DNA from: Parcubacteria group bacterium
GTDB taxonomy: Bacteria > Patescibacteriota > Patescibacteriia > UBA9934 > GWF2-40-263
Assembly (NCBI GenBank): GCA_013204395.1
Contig: JABMNZ010000017.1
Span: 2,490 to 66,489, forward strand
Reading direction: 5' to 3'
DNA: 64,000 nucleotides
The notes under the pieces were generated by a model that was not told the origin of the DNA, made no database searches, and saw nothing but the letters and a program-made list of their open reading frames with translations. Position 1 is the stretch's first letter; each line of letters opens with the position of its first letter. This document shows, piece after piece, positions 56,249 through 64,000 of the stretch. The translations under genes were made by a program, and so were the position numbers.

Positions 56249-56654
56249 TCATCCAGGACAGATACTTTTTGGACTCACGATCGTTTTGTTTGGTTCGGCA
56301 TTTACGCTAAGTTTTTTAATGAGATCAAAGGCGGAAGTAGTGCGTCCATTAACGGGCGTTCTTTTTGTTATTCTGTTCTTATTGATTGGCACGGTGGCTA
56401 TTGAATTCTCCGCAGCCGCAACTCCATCATACACATTTGGAGAGTTTGCCTCATTGTCGGAGGCTTTATCCACACACCGATGGCTTTTGTTTCAATTGCC
56501 AATTCTGCTGACCATCACATCGCTCATGGTTCTATCTGTATACAGAGAACACATTGCCCATAAGCATGCATGGCACTATCGCGCAGCCGTCATTTTTTCC
56601 ATCGCCATTAGTTTTGCCTCTGTCGTAATGATTCTTTTAGAATCGATGATATAG
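56211..56654 (+). CDS. Hypothetical membrane protein
   Basis: Four predicted TM helices. Confidence 0.4.
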   Translation: MYNGSCMDLLSVIHPGQILFGLTIVLFGSAFTLSFLMRSKAEVVRPLTGVLFVILFLLIGTVAIEFSAAATPSYTFGEFASLSEALSTHRWLLFQLPILLTITSLMVLSVYREHIAHKHAWHYRAAVIFSIAISFASVVMILLESMI

Positions 56655-56658
56655 ATTT

Positions 56659-57000
56659 ATGCCACGTCACTTCAATGATCGCATTCATGAGTCACTTGCC
56701 ACCGCCGCTTTGCTAGCCGGGGGAGTTGCTTTGAATGTGGCATGGATCGATAACTTACTGATCACTCGAAGTGAACTTATTGCTTCTTGGATTACCATCA
56801 GTCCAACCATTGGTCCTATCAGTGGTGTCTACCTCGATACCATTGGAGCATTCTTTGTGTCCTATTTATTTTCGGCGGCGATGTGGAGAGGGCGTGATGT
56901 GTCACACTGGCGTTCTCAGGTGTTCTGGTTCTTTTTTACAAGTGTCGTGATCTTTATTTTAATGACCCTTCCATTTGTCTTTGGCTTTGTCATAAGTTGA
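56659..57000 (+). CDS. Hypothetical membrane protein
   Basis: Three predicted TM helices; follows the previous gene with a 4-nt gap. Confidence 0.4.
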   Translation: MPRHFNDRIHESLATAALLAGGVALNVAWIDNLLITRSELIASWITISPTIGPISGVYLDTIGAFFVSYLFSAAMWRGRDVSHWRSQVFWFFFTSVVIFILMTLPFVFGFVIS

Positions 57001-57052
57001 GAAAACTTCTAAAAACCGATAAGGTGCCTTCATAAGGCATTTTTATATTACT

Positions 57053-58546
57053 ATGGATATATCAGTACAAAAGGGAGATTTGATTCAACAGGAATGTGAC
57101 ATGCTTGTCTTGGGTGCGTTTGAAGGCGGTAAAGAACCTTATGGCGCCGCTGGAGAAGTGAATGAGGAACTGAACGGTAGATTGTTTGGATACTGGAAAG
57201 CTGAAAAATTTAAGGCCAAGCAAGGTGAGATTTTTCTTATGCGCACGGATGAAAAGATCCCTGCCAAGAGAGTGCTTGTAGTGGGCTTGGGGAAAAACGA
57301 AGACTTTTGTGTTGATTCTGTGCGACAGGCTGCCGCGACGTCCCTGTCAGTGGCAAAACAAATGCGTTGTAAGAAAGTTGTTTCTGTATTGCATGGTGCT
57401 GGATATGGCGACCTTCAGGCGCGTGACTGTGCTCGTGCAATGGTTGAGGGTGTGCGTTTGGTTGATTATAAATTTGCAAAGTACAAAAAGGACAAATCTA
57501 AAGCTCCTGAGAAATTTGAGATTGTTTCAAAAGATGGGCGGGCGGTAAAAGCGGCACAGCGTGGAGTCGTGGATGGTGAGGCAGCGGCGGCTGGGACAGT
57601 GTTCGCTCGAGATCTTGTGAATACACCTGGTCAAGATATGCATCCAGACACACTTGTTGAGGCAGCCAACCAGATTGCTCATGGCAAAGGATCTATACGT
57701 GTACGTGTTTATAACAAGGAGAAGCTTCAGAAGATGGGTGCGGGCGGGATCCTTGGGGTAGCTCAAGGGTCAGAATGTCCGCCGTACTTAGTCCACATGG
57801 TTTACACACCGAAGAAGCCCTCGAAAAAGAAAGTGGCTCTTGTGGGTAAGGCGGTAACCTTTGATTCAGGAGGCCTTTCACTCAAACCAGCAGGATCAAT
57901 GGAGACCATGAAAATAGATATGGCTGGATCAGCTGTTGTGCTGGGTGTGTTCTCGGTTATTGATCAATGGGCACCAAAGGCAGAGGTGCACGGCATTTTT
58001 GGGGCTGTTGAAAACATGCCGTCAGGAAAAGCGATTAGACCTGGTGATGTTCTTACGGCAATGAACAAGAAAACGATTGAGGTTCTAAACACGGATGCAG
58101 AGGGTCGCCTTACTTTAGCTGATACACTTTCCTTTGCTGTAAAACAAAAGCCTGATTTTATTATCGACCTAGCTACCCTTACTGGGGCTTGTGTCGTTGC
58201 TCTTGGCGAGGAGATTACCGCCGTGATGGGAAACAACCCTGAGCTTTCTCAGAGGATTTTAACAGCTGCATCTGGGGCGGGGGAGAAGATGTGGGAGATG
58301 CCACTTGAAAAGAATTACAGAAAGCTTATTGATTCAGATATCGCTGACTTGAAGAACATTGGTTCCCGTTGGGGTGGTTGCCTAACCGCAGGGTTATTCT
58401 TGCAAGAGTTTGTAGACAAGGTTCCTTGGGCTCACCTAGATATAGCTGGGCCAGCTTATGCCGAGCGCGTAATTGATCCTTATACAAAAAAGGGGGCTAC
58501 AGGTCATGGGGTCCGTACTCTTCTTGAGCTCCTTAGAGAATTATAA
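57053..58546 (+). CDS. pepA: Leucyl aminopeptidase (M17), native-composition copy
   Basis: NTDAEGRL, VTFDSGGLSLKP and DMAGSA motifs. Confidence 0.85.
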   Translation: MDISVQKGDLIQQECDMLVLGAFEGGKEPYGAAGEVNEELNGRLFGYWKAEKFKAKQGEIFLMRTDEKIPAKRVLVVGLGKNEDFCVDSVRQAAATSLSVAKQMRCKKVVSVLHGAGYGDLQARDCARAMVEGVRLVDYKFAKYKKDKSKAPEKFEIVSKDGRAVKAAQRGVVDGEAAAAGTVFARDLVNTPGQDMHPDTLVEAANQIAHGKGSIRVRVYNKEKLQKMGAGGILGVAQGSECPPYLVHMVYTPKKPSKKKVALVGKAVTFDSGGLSLKPAGSMETMKIDMAGSAVVLGVFSVIDQWAPKAEVHGIFGAVENMPSGKAIRPGDVLTAMNKKTIEVLNTDAEGRLTLADTLSFAVKQKPDFIIDLATLTGACVVALGEEITAVMGNNPELSQRILTAASGAGEKMWEMPLEKNYRKLIDSDIADLKNIGSRWGGCLTAGLFLQEFVDKVPWAHLDIAGPAYAERVIDPYTKKGATGHGVRTLLELLREL

Positions 58547-58548
58547 TT

Positions 58549-58827
58549 ATGAGAGAAGCGGATCTGAAGTACAAAAAACTCGTCTTGGTTTGCACCAATG
58601 ATAGGGAAAACGGCAAAGAGTGCTGTAGTCAGAAAGGATCGGTCGATCTTCATCAAAAATTAAAGCAAGCCGTGAAAGCGGTAGATCTTCAGGTTCGAGT
58701 AAGTCGAACGGGATGTCTTGGTAACTGTTTGTCAGGTGCTTCAGTTGTCATTATGCCCGACGATATCTGGCTTGGGGAAGTGACAGAGGACGACATAGAT
58801 GAAATAATCCAGTTAATAACATCTTAA
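58549..58827 (+). CDS. Thioredoxin-like [2Fe-2S] ferredoxin family protein
   Basis: Four Cys in the C..CC ... CLGNC arrangement. Confidence 0.55.
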   Translation: MREADLKYKKLVLVCTNDRENGKECCSQKGSVDLHQKLKQAVKAVDLQVRVSRTGCLGNCLSGASVVIMPDDIWLGEVTEDDIDEIIQLITS

Positions 58828-58835
58828 AAATACCT

Positions 58836-59069
58836 ATGAACATAACTGTCTATTCAACGCCAACTTGTCCATTTTGTAAGCAGACCAAGGCTTTTCTTGA
58901 AGAGAACAAAGTGGAATTTACAGACATTGATGTTTCATCTGATCAAGAGGAGGCACAAAAAATGATCAAGTTATCAGGGCAGATGGGGGTTCCGGTAACG
59001 GATATAGATGGAGAAATAGTGATCGGGTTTGATCGTGACAAAATCTCAGGTCTGTTAGGTCTCAAATAA
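58836..59069 (+). CDS. Glutaredoxin-like protein (NrdH/YruB-like)
   Basis: CPFC active site, 77 aa. Confidence 0.7.
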   Translation: MNITVYSTPTCPFCKQTKAFLEENKVEFTDIDVSSDQEEAQKMIKLSGQMGVPVTDIDGEIVIGFDRDKISGLLGLK

Positions 59070-59074
59070 GAAAA

Positions 59075-59102
59075 AAGACGATCCTAACGGATCGTCTTTT
59101 TG
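59075..59102. terminator. Rho-independent terminator
   Basis: aagacgatcc-taac-ggatcgtctt followed by tttt. Confidence 0.6.
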
Positions 59103-59115
59103 ACTGTGATTAGTT

Positions 59116-59673
59116 TTAAGCTTTTCCAAGTGTGTCCCCACCTTTCTCCCATCCAACGGGACAGAGCTCACCGGTCTGGAGTGCCTGTATAACACGAAGG
59201 GTTTCACTCACAGATCGACCGACACCGAGGTCGTGATAAAGCGCATAACGGAGAACGCCCTCTGGATCGATGATAAATGTTCCTCGTAAGGTAATCCCTT
59301 CATCTTGGATAAGTACTCCGTAGTCGAAGCTCATGTCATGACTCATATCAGAGAAGAGGGGGAAGTTTAGATCGCCAAGTTCCTTAAGCCAGGCCTTATG
59401 TGAGTGCACGGAATCTGTTGACCCGCCAAGCACCTCTGCGTTGAGTTCCTTGAATTCGGCATCACGTTTTGAGAATTCAGTGATCTCCGTTGGGCAGACA
59501 AAAGTGAAGTCAAGAGGGTAAAAGAAGAGGACGAGCCACTTTCCCTTATAGTCTGAGAGTTTAGCGCGGCTAAATTCTCCTCCGGTGATGGCAGTTTCAA
59601 CGTCAAATTCTGGAGCTGGTCGGCCAACCATGGCCAATTGCGGTGTGTGCATTTCTTCGAATGTATCAAGCAT
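59116..59673 (-). CDS. Typical 2-Cys peroxiredoxin (AhpC/TSA family)
   Basis: Peroxidatic Cys in FTFVCPTEI and resolving Cys in GELCPVGW. Confidence 0.85.
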   Translation of the reverse strand: MLDTFEEMHTPQLAMVGRPAPEFDVETAITGGEFSRAKLSDYKGKWLVLFFYPLDFTFVCPTEITEFSKRDAEFKELNAEVLGGSTDSVHSHKAWLKELGDLNFPLFSDMSHDMSFDYGVLIQDEGITLRGTFIIDPEGVLRYALYHDLGVGRSVSETLRVIQALQTGELCPVGWEKGGDTLGKA

Positions 59674-59719
59674 AAGTTTGTTTTGTTATGAATGAAAGTC
59701 AAGTACCATAGTAGTTGAT

Positions 59720-60232
59720 ATGGATATGCCGTCAACTAAAAAAGGGTATCGCATGGGGCTTCTGATCGTTGCCCTTGTATTGCTTGGGGCTGGATGTACT
59801 GAACCCACCGGAATTGGTGTTGATATTGGGCAGGAAGCACCAGATTTTGTCACAACAGATTTTGCTGGACAAGGGGTGTCTTTGAGTGATTACATAGGAG
59901 AAAAAGTTCTTTTAGATTTTTGGGCGATGTGGTGTTCATTTTGTGCCAAGGAGATTCCTGAGATTCAAGCACTTCACGAACAGTACCCAGACATGAACGT
60001 TATTGGAGTGCATCGCACGGCAACAGAAAGCTTGGCAGACGCACAATCTTTCATCCAGGAGCTTGGGGTAACATATCAAATGCTGAGTGATGAAGATAAT
60101 TCTATCTACAACACGTTTTCTGGTGGAAGACCGTTCATGCCATTAGCGGTGCTCATTGATGAGCAGGGAATAGTTCAACATCGTCTTATTGGACCTAAAA
60201 CAGAAGAGCAAATTAAACAACTTTTCAAATAG
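59720..60232 (+). CDS. TlpA/ResA-like thiol-disulfide oxidoreductase lipoprotein
   Basis: Lipobox LLGAGC; thioredoxin-fold CxxC (WAMWCSFCAKE). Confidence 0.75.
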   Translation: MDMPSTKKGYRMGLLIVALVLLGAGCTEPTGIGVDIGQEAPDFVTTDFAGQGVSLSDYIGEKVLLDFWAMWCSFCAKEIPEIQALHEQYPDMNVIGVHRTATESLADAQSFIQELGVTYQMLSDEDNSIYNTFSGGRPFMPLAVLIDEQGIVQHRLIGPKTEEQIKQLFK

Positions 60233-60234
60233 AT

Positions 60235-61374
60235 ATGACTGGTCAACAATTCAAAATCGGGTTCATTCTTTTCCTCACCCTGTCGGCAGGTATCATCTAT
60301 TATCAATATCAATTTTATCGAAGTCCCGTGCTGGAACTAAATGATTCAAATGCGGAGTTGTCACAAGGAAGGGGTGGAGCTCCTGACGTGATTTTGGAAA
60401 CAGATGGTGCTCTTCATGTTATTCCACTTGAGGATATTGTTACGGGAAATCCTGTGAAGGACGGCATACCGTCAATTGATGAACCCAAGTATGAATCAGT
60501 TCGTGCGGCAGATCAGTACCTTGATAACTACGGCTTTGGCCTTGCTGTAGAGGTTGGTGGTTTATATCGTTTTTATCCGTACCAGATTCTTGTGTGGCAT
60601 GAGATTGTAAATGATACGTTTGGTGGTGAGGATTTATTGGTTACGTATTGCCCACTGTGCTTCACGGGAATTGTGTTTGAGCGTGAGGTCGCTGGGGAGA
60701 CCGTTGAGTTTGGAACATCTGGTAAGTTGTACGATTCGAATCTTTTAATGTACGACCGGAAAACAGAAACATTGTGGTCTCAGGCGATGGGTAAGGCCGT
60801 TGTTGGGGAGCTTACCGGAGCAAGTTTGACCTCATATCTGTCCCTTACAATTTCTTGGGCAGATTTCAGGAATCAATTTCCTTCTGGACAAGTCCTCTCT
60901 CGAAATACGGGTTACACGCGTGACTACACATCCGACCCCTATGGCCCAAGTGGGTATTATGAAAATGCCTCAATTATGTTTCCCATTTCTCACGAAGACG
61001 GTCGTGCACATCCAAAGTTGGTTATTTATGGGTACAAGGCAGATGGGGCATCAAAGGCCTACGGACTAGATGCGATTAAGGATGTTGGTCTTGTAAACGA
61101 TGTGGTTGGTGGCGATGCTCTGCTTGTTGTTTGGGATTCCACACTAAACGCAGTCAAAGGATTCTCTCGACAGTTGGACGCGGATGTGTTGGAATTTAAG
61201 CATACAGCCGGTTTTTTCACTGATATAGCCACTGGCTCACTTTGGAACGACACTGGTGAGGCGGTGAGTGGTGAGTATCGTGGCAGGCAGTTAGAGGTCG
61301 TTTCTCTTGAAAATTCATTCTGGTTTTCGTGGGCAACCACCTACCCAGAAACAGATTTACTTACTAAGGAATAG
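60235..61374 (+). CDS. DUF3179-family protein (N-terminal TM)
   Basis: LLVTYCPLC ... LWSQAMGKAVVGELTG, resembling DUF3179. Confidence 0.5.
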   Translation: MTGQQFKIGFILFLTLSAGIIYYQYQFYRSPVLELNDSNAELSQGRGGAPDVILETDGALHVIPLEDIVTGNPVKDGIPSIDEPKYESVRAADQYLDNYGFGLAVEVGGLYRFYPYQILVWHEIVNDTFGGEDLLVTYCPLCFTGIVFEREVAGETVEFGTSGKLYDSNLLMYDRKTETLWSQAMGKAVVGELTGASLTSYLSLTISWADFRNQFPSGQVLSRNTGYTRDYTSDPYGPSGYYENASIMFPISHEDGRAHPKLVIYGYKADGASKAYGLDAIKDVGLVNDVVGGDALLVVWDSTLNAVKGFSRQLDADVLEFKHTAGFFTDIATGSLWNDTGEAVSGEYRGRQLEVVSLENSFWFSWATTYPETDLLTKE

Positions 61375-61376
61375 CT

Positions 61377-62114
61377 ATGGAATTTATTATTTTTCTTGCG
61401 ATTGTTTACATCGCATCCACCATACGTGTCATTTACGAGTATCAAAGGGGGGTCGTCTTTTTTCTAGGAAAATTTACAAGAACCTATCAACCTGGACTTA
61501 AGTTTATTCTTTGGCCTCTTCAGACAATTAAGAAGGTGGATATCCGAGTTAAGGCTGTTGATGTTCCAGATCAAGAGGCCATTACCCAAGACAACATTTC
61601 TGCTCGGATCAACGCGGTGATTTATTACAAAGTAAAAGATGCTGGTCGTGCCATCATCGAGGTTGAAAATTATCGACATGCCGTCAGTCAGCTTGCACAG
61701 ACAACCATGCGTAACGTTGTTGGGGAGATGGATTTGGATGAGCTGTTGAGCAAACGTGAACAGGCATCTAAGAAGATTCGTGAAATAGTAGACACTCTTA
61801 CAGACCCATGGGGCATTCAAGTTGAGAACGTTGAGCTTAAGGACATAACGCTTCCAGAAGAGATGAAGCGAACAATGGCCAAGCAGGCTGAGGCTGAGCG
61901 CGAGAGGCGTGCTGTGGTTATTAAGGCCATGGGAGAAGTTGAGTCTGCAGAGAATCTTGCTAAAGCAGCTACAATGCTTGCTCAGGCGCCTGGGGCCCTT
62001 CACCTTAGAACACTTTCAACTTTGAATGATCTTTCATCTGACCAATCAAACACCGTCGTTTTCGCAGTTCCTTTAGAGGTGCTTCGAGCGCTTGAGGGTC
62101 TTGCAAAGAAATAG
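61377..62114 (+). CDS. SPFH/band-7 (stomatin-like) membrane protein
   Basis: N-terminal TM and an SPFH domain (RVIYEYQRGVVFFLGKF ... AERERRA coiled coil). Confidence 0.75.
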   Translation: MEFIIFLAIVYIASTIRVIYEYQRGVVFFLGKFTRTYQPGLKFILWPLQTIKKVDIRVKAVDVPDQEAITQDNISARINAVIYYKVKDAGRAIIEVENYRHAVSQLAQTTMRNVVGEMDLDELLSKREQASKKIREIVDTLTDPWGIQVENVELKDITLPEEMKRTMAKQAEAERERRAVVIKAMGEVESAENLAKAATMLAQAPGALHLRTLSTLNDLSSDQSNTVVFAVPLEVLRALEGLAKK

Positions 62115-62116
62115 CT

Positions 62117-62791
62117 ATGCCAACGCTATACGTAGTAGCAACTCCAATCGGAAACCTTTCTGACATGAGCGAGCGGGCCAAGGCCACGCTCTCTTCTGTT
62201 GGTACGATTCTTTGTGAAGATACTCGTGTCACTGGAAAGTTACTGCACGCGTATAAAATCGACACGCCAATGCTGAGCTATCATCAGCACAGCGGACAAT
62301 CAAAAACAAATAAAGTCTTTGAGCTATTAGAAGAGGGACAAGACTTGGCGCTCGTGACTGACGCTGGCACTCCATCGATCTCTGATCCAGGAGGGAAACT
62401 TGTCGAAGAGTTGGTTGCTCACTTTGGTGATGAGCTAACCATAGTTCCAATTCCTGGTGCCTCTGCTGTGATCAGTGCTTTGTCAGTGTCTGGCTTTCCC
62501 GCTGACGAGTACATCTTTATGGGGTTTGCTCCGCACAAGAAGGGGAGACAAACTTTTTTTGATCGCGTTGCCAGTATTAAATCAACAGTCGTTCTCTACG
62601 AGAGCACGCACAGAATCTTCAAGACACTTGCTGAAATCGATGCACGAAGTCCAGATCGACTCCTTATGGTCGGACGCGAGCTCACAAAAATGTACGAAAC
62701 TCTCTATCGGGGAACCGCCTCTCAAGTGACAGCCGCGCTAGAGTCATCTAGTATTAAAGGCGAATTTGTAATCGTATTACGTTCATTATGA
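62117..62791 (+). CDS. rsmI: 16S rRNA (cytidine1402-2'-O)-methyltransferase RsmI
   Basis: Tetrapyrrole-methylase fold starting LYVVATPIGNLSDMSERA ... ILCEDTR. Confidence 0.85.
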   Translation: MPTLYVVATPIGNLSDMSERAKATLSSVGTILCEDTRVTGKLLHAYKIDTPMLSYHQHSGQSKTNKVFELLEEGQDLALVTDAGTPSISDPGGKLVEELVAHFGDELTIVPIPGASAVISALSVSGFPADEYIFMGFAPHKKGRQTFFDRVASIKSTVVLYESTHRIFKTLAEIDARSPDRLLMVGRELTKMYETLYRGTASQVTAALESSSIKGEFVIVLRSL

Positions 62792-64000
62792 ATCGATTTT
62801 ATATCACCACCACCTTGCCGTATGTAAACGCTAAGCCTCATATCGGGTTTGCTTTGGAGATCATTCAGGCTGATGCGGTTGCACGATATTATCGTGAGCG
62901 CGGGTTTGAAGTGCTGTTTAATACTGGTACAGACGAGCATGGTCAGAAGATTTACGAGAAAGCTATCGAGGAGGGGAAAGATACTCAGGCCTATGTTGAT
63001 GAGTATGCCGCCAAGTTTGACGAGCTTAAAATTTCGCTTGATCTGAGCTACACAAACTTTATCCGCACCAGCGATCCAGATCACAAAAAAGCTGCGCAGG
63101 AATTCTGGAAACGATGTGATGCCAATGGTGACATTTACAAAGATCGCTATCAGGTGAAGTACTGTGTCGGTTGTGAACTTCCTAAGACCGACTCAGAGCT
63201 AGTTAATGGACGTTGCCCTGTACACGTAAATCTAGAGTTGGAGTTGCGTGATGAGGAGAACTATTTTTTCCGCTGGTCAAAGTATCAGCAGCCACTTCTT
63301 GATTTGTACGCTGCCAACCCAGATTTTGTCGTGCCTAGTAATCGCTTAACTGAGATACAAAAGTTTGTTGAAGGTGGATTGAAGGACTTCAGTATCTCTC
63401 GACTCAAAGAAAAGATGCCATGGGGGGTTGGTGTCCCTGGTGATGAGGGTCACGTCATGTACGTTTGGTTTGATGCCTTAGTCAATTATATTTCAACCTT
63501 AGGTTGGCCAAACGAAGACGGAAATTTCTCAGATTACTGGCCGGGAGTGCAGGTTGCAGGAAAGGACAATCTTCGTCAGCAGTCTGCTATGTGGCAGGCC
63601 ATGCTAATGTCCGCTGGCATAAAGCCGTCTAAGCAGGTATTCATTCACGGGTTCATTACATCGGCTGGAGAAAAGATGTCTAAGAGCATGGGTAATGTCA
63701 TCGATCCGTTCTCTGAAGTTGCTGAGTATGGAACAGATGCAGTTCGTTATTATTTGCTGCGCGAGATTCCTTCACATGACGATGGGGACTTCTCTAGAGA
63801 ACGAATGGAACTGCGATATGCAGAGCTCGCTAATCAGCTTGGAAACTTGGTAAGCCGTGTGGGTGCCATGAGTCAGAAATATTTTGATGGGGTATTGAAT
63901 GACGTTGAGGTTGATTGGTCAGCCCAAGAGGCTCAGCTGTATGCGGCAATGAAAGATTATGACTTTAAGCGCTATCTCGATTTGGTTTGGGAAGTTGTAG
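62788..64000 (+). CDS. metG: Methionyl-tRNA synthetase (3'-truncated at window end)
   Basis: LPYVNAKPHIGF (HIGH-class motif), a zinc knuckle (CVGCE ... CPVH) and KMSKS; the ORF runs off the window. Confidence 0.9.
   Translation, partial: MNRFYITTTLPYVNAKPHIGFALEIIQADAVARYYRERGFEVLFNTGTDEHGQKIYEKAIEEGKDTQAYVDEYAAKFDELKISLDLSYTNFIRTSDPDHKKAAQEFWKRCDANGDIYKDRYQVKYCVGCELPKTDSELVNGRCPVHVNLELELRDEENYFFRWSKYQQPLLDLYAANPDFVVPSNRLTEIQKFVEGGLKDFSISRLKEKMPWGVGVPGDEGHVMYVWFDALVNYISTLGWPNEDGNFSDYWPGVQVAGKDNLRQQSAMWQAMLMSAGIKPSKQVFIHGFITSAGEKMSKSMGNVIDPFSEVAEYGTDAVRYYLLREIPSHDDGDFSRERMELRYAELANQLGNLVSRVGAMSQKYFDGVLNDVEVDWSAQEAQLYAAMKDYDFKRYLDLVWEVV

Noticed and set aside
16461-57025. Recurring 'aaccgata(a)gg' motif at 16467-16478, 20802-20813 and 57017-57027.
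   Set aside because: Each is part of a separate short GATA-loop terminator-like hairpin. It is most likely convergent terminator hairpin composition rather than a dispersed repeat family, and three copies are too few to call.
1-64000. Scan for CRISPR arrays, rRNA genes and IS/transposase genes.
   Set aside because: No regularly spaced direct repeats, no rRNA-like conserved segments and no DDE-transposase or IS terminal inverted repeats were seen. The only recombinase is the large serine integrase of the phage-like module.

Overview
The window is a bacterial chromosomal segment with roughly 40% G+C background, compact genes, frequent 4-nt start/stop overlaps and Patescibacteria/CPR-like content, although the lineage is not certain. 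Housekeeping genes include a PBP2/FtsI transpeptidase with an FtsE/FtsX-like ABC pair, an ECF sigma factor with anti-sigma, greA, a DEAD-box helicase, a SpoU methyltransferase, msrA, trhO, two ABC-F ATPases, a cold-shock protein, an RsmB/F-like methyltransferase, truB, metK, rsmI, and the start of metG. Two M17 leucyl aminopeptidases are present. There are two thiol-redox clusters: msrB-glutaredoxin-VKOR-CcdA, and a ferredoxin-like protein with glutaredoxin, peroxiredoxin and a TlpA-like oxidoreductase. The central block at about 30.6-42.3 kb is a mobile or accessory region. It carries a winged-HTH regulator, a ParB-N/DNA-methyltransferase fusion plus a second orphan N4/N6 methyltransferase, terminase small and large subunits and a large serine recombinase. 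Directly after these comes a complete diversity-generating retroelement (DGR): a target gene with a C-terminal variable repeat, a template repeat differing from it only at adenines, an Avd-like four-helix-bundle gene on the opposite strand, and a DGR-type reverse transcriptase. A PD-(D/E)XK-like nuclease, a DUF4352-like protein, tRNA-like fragments and tRNA-Asn(GTT) follow. Five genes or gene pairs are conspicuously G+C-rich islets in this low-GC background. They are two hypothetical proteins, a second M17 peptidase, the DGR target and a PRPP-synthetase-like gene, suggesting foreign acquisition. Other notable items are a roughly 240-nt promoter/terminator-bounded candidate structured ncRNA at 9.05-9.29 kb, a 30-bp palindromic operator overlapping the start of an Nramp-like metal transporter, and a frameshifted msrB in an A7 tract. 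A G11 tract sits at the 5' end of the RT ORF, and a secreted six-fold cysteine-rich repeat protein has an extremely acidic tail. No rRNA, CRISPR array or IS transposase was seen.
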